From Actinomycetota bacterium (GTDB lineage: Bacteria; Actinomycetota; Geothermincolia; Fen-727; Anoxymicrobiaceae): a DNA stretch of 64,000 nucleotides. Position 1 is the first letter of the stretch; each line of letters starts with the position of its first letter. Below the pieces are notes generated by a model. The model was not told the DNA's origin and ran no database searches. It was given only the letters and a program-made list of their open reading frames with translations. The DNA lies in contig JAZDFZ010000021.1 of assembly GCA_043807425.1 (NCBI GenBank), positions 574-64,573 on the forward strand. Reading direction: 5' to 3'. The position numbers and the translations under genes are program-made. Of the stretch, positions 56,732 to 64,000 are shown one piece after another.

Positions 56732-57235
56732 TCACCAGTTGATCTTGAAATAGAAGTCGCAGGAACCGCCACAGTCTCTGGTGGTCCCCGTTGATATGAT
56801 TTCACCACTGAGGCTGAATGATTCCAGCCATGACTCGAACCTTTGCCTGCCCGCACACTGGTGGATGTCCCGGGTTCCTGCCTTGCTCACGTTCTTGTAC
56901 ACGTAGCATTCGATTATACGCGCCAGCAGTGTCCGGTCGTCGATGATCTCGAGCTCGTATTTGTGTTCCGCGGGGCAGTAGATGTCCGTTGCGATATCCA
57001 TGATCGCCTCGAAATCACGAATGTTTTCGATCTCCGTCCGTCCCAACGCATCCAGAAGCCGCTTGATCTCCGTCCGACCCATTGAACGGGTCACAACCTG
57101 GTTGAGTTCCGTCGCCGCTTCGAACCCCAGCGCTTCCGCGGACTTGATGAACCATCGCCCGTCATGGAGTATCCAGATATCCCTCAACAAGCGCTCCCGC
57201 TGCCCGGAAGTCAATCTCTCCTGCCCAACGCTCAT
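56732..57235 (-). CDS. DUF6125-like (V4R-related) ligand-binding protein
   Basis: HDGRWF motif, spaced Cys residues, CDFYFKINW end. Confidence 0.65.
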   Translation of the reverse strand: MSVGQERLTSGQRERLLRDIWILHDGRWFIKSAEALGFEAATELNQVVTRSMGRTEIKRLLDALGRTEIENIRDFEAIMDIATDIYCPAEHKYELEIIDDRTLLARIIECYVYKNVSKAGTRDIHQCAGRQRFESWLESFSLSGEIISTGTTRDCGGSCDFYFKINW

Positions 57236-57354
57236 CGCCACACCCCCATGCTCACGGTATTACATATTGTAATCATAACGTATGACATATTGTATTCCCC
57301 GTCAAGTGGTGTATATTCTTGATTGAGTCGATCGAAAGGCTGTATCCCACGACA

Positions 57355-57708
57355 ATGGACCATGAAACGATAGGCAAGCGCATTCAGATGGCTCGCGAGG
57401 AAGCGGGTATCTCGCAGTATGAGCTGGCTTCGAGGTCCGGATTCTCCCAGTCGGCGGTGTCTCATTATGAGCTCGGAAGACGTGGGCTGCGCCTCGAGAA
57501 CCTGAGAAGAATCGCGGAAGCCCTGAACAAACCACTGGCCTGTTTCCTCGAAGAACCTGTTCCTTCCTTCGAAGCCGGCCCCCGGGGGGATACCGCGGAA
57601 GAGACGGCCTCCGAGATGAGGGATCTGATCTCTCAACTCTCCCCTGAAGAGAACGAATTCGTGCTCGAGTACTTGAGGTGGATGGTGGGGCGCAGGAGTA
57701 AGCAATAA
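57355..57708 (+). CDS. XRE-family HTH transcriptional regulator
   Basis: IGKRIQMAREEAGISQYELA...SQSAVSHYELG. Confidence 0.9.
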   Translation: MDHETIGKRIQMAREEAGISQYELASRSGFSQSAVSHYELGRRGLRLENLRRIAEALNKPLACFLEEPVPSFEAGPRGDTAEETASEMRDLISQLSPEENEFVLEYLRWMVGRRSKQ

Positions 57709-57758
57709 CCTGGCCCAATGAGACGTGGTATGCAGGTCGAATCGAGCCCCGATCGTAG

Positions 57759-57790
57759 CGCAACCAATGTCAAGGTCTATTAGACCTGGC
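57759..57790. repeat. Dispersed family D repeat, copy 3, abutting the tRNA-Ser CCA
   Basis: Contains the perfect dyad AGGTCTA-T-TAGACCT (57773-57787). Confidence 0.7.
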
Positions 57791-57881
57791 TGGCGGAGAG
57801 AGAGGGATTCGAACCCTCGAGACCCTTTTGGGGCCCACACGCTCTCCAGGCGTGCGCCTTCGTCCACTCGGCCATCTCTCC
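57791..57881 (-). tRNA. tRNA-Ser (GGA)
   Basis: GGAGAGA/TCTCTCC acceptor stem, GGCCGAGTGG D-arm, CACGC-CTGGAGA-GCGTG anticodon arm, long variable arm, GGTTCGAATCC, encoded CCA. Confidence 0.97.
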
Positions 57882-58271
57882 GGGATCGAGTCTAGCAGGA
57901 GGAAGGTTCGCCCGCCATTCCAGGCCAGGGTCGCTCAGGCGTCCTTCCAGTTCCACCACTTGAGGAGCTCGGGATCGTGACGCTCTCTGGAAGCGTAGTA
58001 GACTGCGCACCGGAACACGTACAGCTGGCAGCGATCTATCGTAATCCCTCTCAGAGAACAGAGAGTGTCATATAACTGCTGGGGGTCGCGTTCGCGCAGC
58101 TCGTCAGGGGTTCTTATATCCATTGCCCACAGGTCTTCCGCGGTCTTTTCCCCGACGCCGGGAATCCCCATCAGCGCTGAGAGATGTCGTTTGTCTGCCG
58201 CTCTACTCATCCTGTTGTGCCTCCAGGCGTGCGCCTTCGTCCACTCGGCCATCTCTCCGGGATTGAGTCTA
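57844..58271 (-). mobile_element. Mini-cassette bounded by 51-bp direct repeats of the tRNA-Ser 5' half plus its -10 box
   Basis: 57844-57894 and 58221-58271 are identical at 50/51 positions; offset 377 bp. Confidence 0.75.
57935..58210 (-). CDS. Helix-hairpin-helix protein, Cdd1 / mitomycin-resistance-like family
   Basis: [44 protein letters not shown]. Confidence 0.85.
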   Translation of the reverse strand: MSRAADKRHLSALMGIPGVGEKTAEDLWAMDIRTPDELRERDPQQLYDTLCSLRGITIDRCQLYVFRCAVYYASRERHDPELLKWWNWKDA

Positions 58272-58440
58272 CACCACTGGCGTCTGGAAGTTGCATCCTT
58301 CAGAGGAGGTGTCGCCGCTGTGCGGCGCTCGCATGCACTCTTCCCGCCGGGTCAGCTCTTCGAGCCCGCCTCGTTCTCCTCGATGCGCGCTCTTACCAGC
58401 TTCCTGACGAGGTTTCCCCTTCCCGGCGTCGCAACGGGTA

Positions 58441-58472
58441 TTGACACGCACTGACTTGTGAATTATTGTTCA
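58441..58472 (+). promoter_or_regulatory. Sigma70 promoter overlapped by an SmtB/ArsR-type operator
   Basis: TTGACA-N17-TATTGT; palindrome TGAA-TTATTG-TTCA (58459-58472). Confidence 0.7.
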
Positions 58473-58505
58473 TCTGTTCACTTGTTCATACGCAGCGGAG
58501 ACAGG

Positions 58506-58820
58506 ATGGGTGACTGCACGGCTATGAGGTCCTCGAAGATCCCGGAGAGCGTCATCAAGCGGACGGCGAGCCTTTTCAGGGTCCTGGGCGATCCGACCAG
58601 GGTGAAGATAATCACCGCGCTCTGTGGGGAGGACCTCTGTGTCGGCGACATCGCTGAGCTCGTGGGGGTCAGTGACTCGGCGGTCTCCCACCAGCTGCGC
58701 GTGCTGCGGAACATGGGAATCGTCGAGTACAGCAAAGAGGGAAAGAACGTGATCTACTCTCTACGGGACGAGCACATCAGGCGGATACTCGAGCAGAGCC
58801 TGGATCACGCCACGGAGTAA
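58506..58820 (+). CDS. ArsR/SmtB family metalloregulator
   Basis: FRVLGDPTRVKI, LCVGDIA, SAVSHQLRVLR, DEHI...LDH alpha5 site. Confidence 0.93.
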   Translation: MGDCTAMRSSKIPESVIKRTASLFRVLGDPTRVKIITALCGEDLCVGDIAELVGVSDSAVSHQLRVLRNMGIVEYSKEGKNVIYSLRDEHIRRILEQSLDHATE

Positions 58821-58829
58821 GGAGCGGTC

Positions 58830-59309
58830 ATGCTCCGCCATTCAGCGAAAACAGGATTGAATTTCGGCTTGACCTCGGGGGTCATCACCACGCTCGGGCT
58901 GATGGTCGGGTTGGAATCCGGCACCCAGTCGAAGCTGGTGGTGCTGGGCGGGATCCTGACCATCGCCGTCGCCGACGCGTTCTCCGATGCGCTCGGCATC
59001 CACATGAGCGAGGAATCCGAGAACAAGCATTCGGCCCGAGAGGTCTGGGAATCCACGGTATTCACCTTCCTTGCCAAGTTCATATTCGCGGCGATATTCG
59101 TGGTGCCGGTGCTGACCCTCGACCTGTCCCTCGCGGTGATTGTCAGCATAATCCTGGGCCTGGCACTTATCACCCTGGCGAGCTGGTACATGGCCAGGCA
59201 GCAGGGCTCCAGTCCGTGGAAGATAATCGCCGAGCACCTGAGCATCACCATCGTCGTGATCGTGGCCACCCACTACGTGGGCCACTTCGTGGCCGTCGTC
59301 TGCGGTTGA
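58830..59309 (+). CDS. VIT1/CCC1-like metal transporter
   Basis: FGLTSGVITTLGL, IAVADAFSDALGIHMSEE. Confidence 0.85.
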   Translation: MLRHSAKTGLNFGLTSGVITTLGLMVGLESGTQSKLVVLGGILTIAVADAFSDALGIHMSEESENKHSAREVWESTVFTFLAKFIFAAIFVVPVLTLDLSLAVIVSIILGLALITLASWYMARQQGSSPWKIIAEHLSITIVVIVATHYVGHFVAVVCG

Positions 59310-59409
59310 GACATAGCGCCGGCGCCGGCTCATTTGCAGGGTCGCCCGCACCGTGATGAAATGAGCGGGGCATACGAACCACAATAGCCCGGAGGACGAT
59401 CGGAGGTCG

Positions 59410-61161
59410 GTGATGAGCGGTTGGAACAGTCCCGGTTTCTACCTCAAGCCCAGGTACAGGAGGAACGGGTCCGACCCGGCCGATATGGTCGTTCTCGGGG
59501 CGAGGGTGCTCACCTGCGACGAGGCAGGTACACGTGCCCGGGCCCTGGCCGTGAAGGACGGGCGCTTCGTCTACGTTGGCGACAACAAGGGCGCCGCCGA
59601 CTTCATCGGCCCCGACACCCGGGTCATCAACGCGCGCGGTCGTATGCTGGCCCCGGGGTTTATCGACGCCCACGTCCATATCCTGTGGGTGGGACTGCTG
59701 CGCGCGTTCCTCCTGGACCTCTACGATTGCAGGAGCATGGACGACGTCCGCCGGGCCGTCAGGGCGTTCGCCGACGAGCACCCCGATCTCCCCTTCATCT
59801 TCGGGATCGGGTGGATGTACGACTACATGTCCGGGAACATGCCCGACGTGGCGATGTGCGACGAGATCCTCGAAGACCGCCCGGTCTTCCTGTGGTCGTA
59901 CGAGGCCACAACCGGCTGGCCAAACCGCAAGATGGCCGACCTCATGTTCGAGAAGGACCCTTCCACCTGGAAGCACCTGGTCCCCGAGCTGGACGAGGAC
60001 GGAAAACCGACCGGCATGTTCCTCCATGCCCACAGCTTTGATCCCTTCCAGTTCTTCTCCATGGAGGAGTTCGGCCCGGACATCAAGTCCCGGATGTTCG
60101 AGACCCTGGGCAAGGCTATCGACGGGACCGTCAGGGCCGGGGTCACCGCTTTCGACGAGCTGCAGGTGTACAAGTCCCTCATACCGCTGGTCCTGGAGTT
60201 CCGCGAGGCGGGCGGCCTGGACGACGTCAGGGCGCGGGGGACCTTCTACGTCGATCCCGTGGACTTCGAGGATCAGCCGAAGCTGCGCGAGACGCTTCTG
60301 TGGTGGAAGAAGCTGGGTGAGATGGAGTCGGACGAGCGCCTGAAGCTGGGAGAGTCGCTCAAGCTCTACATAGACGGGTGCTTCGGGAACCACACCTCGT
60401 TCTTCCTGGAGCCCTACCTCGACGAACCCGACAACCGCGGGGAAGCATGCTGGACGCAGGAAGACATGGACGCCTTCATGACCATTGCCGATGGGCTCGG
60501 CCTGCAGACGTGTACGCATGCCATAGGCGACGCCGCCATTCGGCGAATGGTCGACGCCTGCCAGGCGGCCAGGGACGCCAACGGGCCCAGGGACTCCCGG
60601 CACCGCATGGACCACTGCGAGTTCCCCACCCGCGAGGACGTCGGGCGCATGGGCTCGCTGGGAATCATCGCCTCCATGCAGCCGATCCACTTCTTCGGGG
60701 ACGAGTCCAACGAGAGGGTCGTCGGGATCGAGAGGCTGCAGGGGTTCGATCCCTGGAGGAGCCTGGAGAACGCCGGGGTGCAGCTCTGCTTCGGGACCGA
60801 CTGGATCGCCGGCTCCACCCTGCCACCCATAAACCCGATGTACGGGCTGCTGCTGGCCGCGACCCGTTTCAACTACAAGATGAACACCGACTGGGGGCCC
60901 GACGAGAAGATCTCGCTGGAGAACGCCATAAGGTACTACACGCTGGGTTCCGCGAAGGCGATGTTCATGGAGGACGAGATCGGCTCCATAGAGGTGGGCA
61001 AGCTCGCGGACTTCACCCTCTGGCACACGAACCTGCTTGGAATCGCATCCTGGTGGTTCCTGCTCACCAACAGCGTGGAGGTCGGGGCGCTGGACGATTT
61101 CCTGGACCTGACCGTCGTGGGAGGAAAGCCGGTCTTTACCCGGGAAGGCGCCACGTTCTGA
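59410..61161 (+). CDS. Amidohydrolase (Amidohydro_3 / YtcJ family)
   Basis: PGFIDAHVH, KLYIDG, THAIGDAA, HRMDH, FGTDW, GSIEVGKLADF. Confidence 0.9.
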   Translation: MMSGWNSPGFYLKPRYRRNGSDPADMVVLGARVLTCDEAGTRARALAVKDGRFVYVGDNKGAADFIGPDTRVINARGRMLAPGFIDAHVHILWVGLLRAFLLDLYDCRSMDDVRRAVRAFADEHPDLPFIFGIGWMYDYMSGNMPDVAMCDEILEDRPVFLWSYEATTGWPNRKMADLMFEKDPSTWKHLVPELDEDGKPTGMFLHAHSFDPFQFFSMEEFGPDIKSRMFETLGKAIDGTVRAGVTAFDELQVYKSLIPLVLEFREAGGLDDVRARGTFYVDPVDFEDQPKLRETLLWWKKLGEMESDERLKLGESLKLYIDGCFGNHTSFFLEPYLDEPDNRGEACWTQEDMDAFMTIADGLGLQTCTHAIGDAAIRRMVDACQAARDANGPRDSRHRMDHCEFPTREDVGRMGSLGIIASMQPIHFFGDESNERVVGIERLQGFDPWRSLENAGVQLCFGTDWIAGSTLPPINPMYGLLLAATRFNYKMNTDWGPDEKISLENAIRYYTLGSAKAMFMEDEIGSIEVGKLADFTLWHTNLLGIASWWFLLTNSVEVGALDDFLDLTVVGGKPVFTREGATF

Positions 61162-61187
61162 TTGCCGTTGACGGCGAAAGGGGGATC

Positions 61188-61541
61188 GTGCGCAGGATCG
61201 CTACGCTGTTCCTTGCCGCCGTCCTGCTGGGAGGCCTGCTGGCCGCCGGCTGCGGGAGCACTCCCACCATCGACGTCGTCGGTAAGACCTACCTGAACTC
61301 CCAGGAGCAGGCCGACAGCCGGACAATCCAGTTCAACCCGGACGGGACGTTCCTCTTCTCCATCGTGACGGCGGCGAAGACCTGGAAGGGCTCCGGGACG
61401 TACCGGGTGGCCGACGGCAGGGTGACCCTGACTTTCTACCCGCAGGGAGAGATCGCCGAGTTCGCCGGCAAGACGCTCGAGTACGGTATCGACGGGCGCC
61501 TGCTGGTGGATCCGGACGGCTCCCGCTGGGACGTTCTCTAG
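61188..61541 (+). CDS. Small lipoprotein, function unknown
   Basis: GTG after AAGGGGGA; lipobox AAGC; short beta-rich domain. Confidence 0.7.
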   Translation: MRRIATLFLAAVLLGGLLAAGCGSTPTIDVVGKTYLNSQEQADSRTIQFNPDGTFLFSIVTAAKTWKGSGTYRVADGRVTLTFYPQGEIAEFAGKTLEYGIDGRLLVDPDGSRWDVL

Positions 61542-61574
61542 GCAGGAGGCAGTGCCGGTGGCTGAGAACGCCGG

Positions 61575-62975
61575 TCAAGTATGGGGGTTCCGCTTCTTCC
61601 GGGCGTGACCTTCCGTCGCTCGGATGAAACCCATCCATGCCCCGGACATCGCCGTGTCGACGGGTCCCATGTCACGCCTGAAAAGGCCACGCCTCTCCGA
61701 CTGGACCCTCTCGCGACCGCACAGGCCCGGGGGGAGCGCTCCGGGAAAGGGCCCCGCTTCTACACCCAGCGCGGAGCCGAAGTAGACCGGCGTGGTGGGG
61801 TTGCGGCAGGGGTGCCCATCGGTCAGCCACACCGTCATGTTCGCCGGCTGGACCTGCAGCGAGTAGACGGTCCAGCTTACCTCCGCCTCCTCCAGCGCCT
61901 TGCCGGGGTGCCCCTCTTTCAGGTGCTTGCGGAAGTTCCAGGCGTGGGCGCAGATGGTGCTGTCGTCGAGCTTTTCCTCCCACCACTCCCTCCGGATGCC
62001 GAAGTCCGATAGCGTGGAGTAGTCGGGGACGTGGTCGGACACGATCATCTTCGCCTGAGCGGGGTCGATGCGCCCGTGGAAGCCGCGCAGAAGGGCCCAC
62101 ATCCGTGCCAGGCGGGAGCGGCTGCCGTGCAGCCAGTCGAGGACCGTCGGGTCGGGGCAACCGCTCAGGGCGCTGTCGAGGAACTGGTGATGGTTGGTCG
62201 ATGCGACTATCCCCTCCTCCCCCACACGCTGCCGGCGGAAATGAGAGTGTGAGTACTCGAACACGGAGAGCGAGCCTGCCGCGTCCGTCCATATCGTGTT
62301 CCAGTTCATGAGGACCCCCGAGGAGAGGGCCCGAACCACCCCGCGCGGGCCACGGCCGAACACCTCCTCGGCGGCATCCACGGTGGAGCACGTCTCCATG
62401 GCGATGTTGTTGAGCTCGAAGGGGCTCAGGCCGTCACCCGCGTCGGTCATGGGGACGGCGTTCACAACGCAGCACAGGCCGGCCGCGTTCATGATGCCGA
62501 TGCCGAAGAGCGCCGGCACCCCGAAGCAGACATAGGGGTTGGTGCCCTCGAGGTGCCTCACGAACAGGGGGAAACGGCCCATGAACAGCCGGAACACCGG
62601 TGGCACGTCGAAGTTCCAGGAGACCATGGGTTCCCCGTCGGCGGTCGCGGGGCCCACGGCGCCGAAGTTCGTGCAGCCAAGCCTGGCACAGGACTCGGCC
62701 GCCACCCTCGCGCATAGCGCATCGTGGGTGTCGAGGCCCATGGTAGCGGTGAACCCCTCCAGCTCCGCCAGGCGCTCGGTCCCCGCAAGCTGCTCCAAGC
62801 GGGTGCGCGCCGCACGGAGGACCGTGTCGAGCGCGTCGGGGTCACGCCTCATGCTCCGGGAGAGCCAGCGCACCATGGTATGCGCTCCAGGGCCCGCCGC
62901 CTCCGCCTCCGAAACGCCGAGCTCGTAGCGGTTCCGGCCGCGCACGACCTTCAACGGTGGATGTTCTTTCGTCAT
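61575..62975 (-). CDS. Peptidase C45 family (Ntn hydrolase; acyl-CoA:6-APA acyltransferase-like)
   Basis: GCTNFGAVG...MVSWNFD, GIMNAAGL, TNH, S..RL.R. Confidence 0.85.
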   Translation of the reverse strand: MTKEHPPLKVVRGRNRYELGVSEAEAAGPGAHTMVRWLSRSMRRDPDALDTVLRAARTRLEQLAGTERLAELEGFTATMGLDTHDALCARVAAESCARLGCTNFGAVGPATADGEPMVSWNFDVPPVFRLFMGRFPLFVRHLEGTNPYVCFGVPALFGIGIMNAAGLCCVVNAVPMTDAGDGLSPFELNNIAMETCSTVDAAEEVFGRGPRGVVRALSSGVLMNWNTIWTDAAGSLSVFEYSHSHFRRQRVGEEGIVASTNHHQFLDSALSGCPDPTVLDWLHGSRSRLARMWALLRGFHGRIDPAQAKMIVSDHVPDYSTLSDFGIRREWWEEKLDDSTICAHAWNFRKHLKEGHPGKALEEAEVSWTVYSLQVQPANMTVWLTDGHPCRNPTTPVYFGSALGVEAGPFPGALPPGLCGRERVQSERRGLFRRDMGPVDTAMSGAWMGFIRATEGHARKKRNPHT

Positions 62976-63144
62976 GCGGATACTCTAGCACTGTTCGCTT
63001 TGAGCCCGGCCACTCAGGCCGGGATCGCGGGGCACGGGGGCCGCGAGCGGCATAGGCCGACCGCTCGCCCGGATCTGCCGGGTAAGACCGGGCGCTTTCC
63101 GTTATCATCTTGAGTGGCTGCCGGAACGGTCCAGGAGGTAGGAG

Positions 63145-63624
63145 ATGAGCAAGGTTACCGTCCGCTCGGCGAAGCACGAGGACGTCGGAGTGATCGCCGA
63201 GATCATCCGCAAGCTCGGCTGGTTCAAGCACGTCAACGAGGAATCGCCCGCCGCGACCGAGAGGCGGGTCCTCCTGCACCTGGAGCTCTGCGACGCCGAC
63301 GACAGCCACACGGTCCTGGTCGCCGAGGACGAGGAGGGCGTGGTCTCCGGTTACATATCCGTCCACTGGCTTCCCTACCTGATGCTCGCGGGACCCGAGG
63401 GATACATATCTGAGCTGTTCGTTCACGAGGACGCGCGGGGTAAGGGCGTCGGAACTGCGCTGATAAACGACATAAAAGAGTATGGCATCACCAAGGGGTG
63501 CTCCAGGCTCATGACGTTGAATGGCAGGGACCGCCCTTCCTACGAGAGGGAGTTCTACACCGCGCTCGGCTTCGAGGAGCGCCCGCAGATGGCCATGATG
63601 GTCCTGAGCCTCAAGGAATCCTGA
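63145..63624 (+). CDS. GNAT family N-acetyltransferase
   Basis: YISELFVHEDARGKGVGTAL, FYTALGF. Confidence 0.92.
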   Translation: MSKVTVRSAKHEDVGVIAEIIRKLGWFKHVNEESPAATERRVLLHLELCDADDSHTVLVAEDEEGVVSGYISVHWLPYLMLAGPEGYISELFVHEDARGKGVGTALINDIKEYGITKGCSRLMTLNGRDRPSYEREFYTALGFEERPQMAMMVLSLKES

Positions 63625-63712
63625 GAATCAACCTCAACCATTTCTTCTCAGCATCGACGGTTACTCACCACTCGGCGTTGGGATGGGAAAAGATGGTTGA
63701 GGTGTTTTCTCA
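63622..63712. repeat. REP-like family B doublet
   Basis: TGAGAATCAACCTCAACCATTTCTTCTCA and inverted TGGGAAAAGATGGTTGAGGTGTTTTCTCA; the first arm carries the GNAT stop codon. Confidence 0.85.
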
Positions 63713-63818
63713 CGTTGTGTTTTGCGCTCCCCGGTGCAACAATTTCCCCAAAGCCTGTACACTCGTACCGAGTCGGGCCGCTACCGGCCCGCGCCAACCG
63801 GACTTGGAGGTCCCGCTT

Positions 63819-64000
63819 ATGACGACCCGACGCGAGCGCGCAAGAAGCCTTCTCCTCACCGCGTTGCCCCTCGTGGCCCTGCTGGCCGTCCTCACGGTCG
63901 GAGGGTCCTCCTGTGGTACCTCCACGTTCGGCAAGAGTACCGAGCAGCAGCTGACGGCGACCATAGAGAAGATCATGAAGGACAACAACGTCCCCGGGGC
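63819..64000 (+). CDS. Probable serine hydrolase / beta-lactamase-like lipoprotein, 5' part only
   Basis: GGAGG RBS, signal peptide with GSSC lipobox-like site, IEKIMKDNNVPG. Confidence 0.6.
   Translation, partial: MTTRRERARSLLLTALPLVALLAVLTVGGSSCGTSTFGKSTEQQLTATIEKIMKDNNVPG

Noticed and set aside
9596-57790. A single 48-kb island between the outer family D copies
   Set aside because: The interval holds essential core genes (cysS, gltX, argS, lysA).
582-63988. Many long overlapping ORFs in the track (e.g. 7732-9195, 25762-27678, 27750-29429, 45217-47205, 50034-51806, 59245-61026)
   Set aside because: Shadow frames of high-GC genes; Arg/Pro/Gly-rich with no family motifs.
1-64000. CRISPR array, rRNA, transposase or integrase genes
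   Set aside because: No regularly spaced repeat-spacer units and no rRNA or recombinase motifs; the repeats found are dispersed hairpins.
1-64000. Selenocysteine or pyrrolysine read-through
   Set aside because: The redox genes inspected (trxB, cooC, NfnA-like, radical SAM) are complete with no in-frame stops; the only broken gene is a frameshift.

Overview
High-GC bacterial chromosomal window. It is probably from a deep-branching anaerobic Actinomycetota-like lineage; this is inference from CooC/CooT, an NfnA-like subunit, a nickel ECF transporter, SigH and leaderless genes. The core contains a Firmicutes-style gltX-cysE-cysS-rlmB-yacP-sigH-tRNA-Thr block plus lysA, nfo, nth, argS, htrA, trxB and a DUF3842-cooT-cbiMNQO cluster. 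Accessory genes include HD-GYP/GGDEF signalling proteins, glycosylation proteins and hydrolases. Most unusual observations: (1) a two-gene insertion splitting cysE from cysS that encodes a 2275-aa secreted IPT/TIG + beta-helix protein with a C-terminal DUF6345-like domain carrying a caspase-clan-like His-Gly...Cys pair, coupled to a membrane-anchored partner; (2) a 377-bp integrase-less one-gene cassette bounded by a duplicated 5' half of tRNA-Ser(GGA); (3) a DUF559 endonuclease gene bracketed by inverted palindromic repeats, with the same repeat family also bracketing nth; (4) three further dispersed repeat families, one abutting the tRNA-Ser CCA end and bounding about 6 kb of accessory genes; (5) several candidate structured RNAs and a frameshifted histidine kinase. 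No CRISPR array, rRNA, transposase or integrase was seen. All family assignments come from motif recognition, not database searches.
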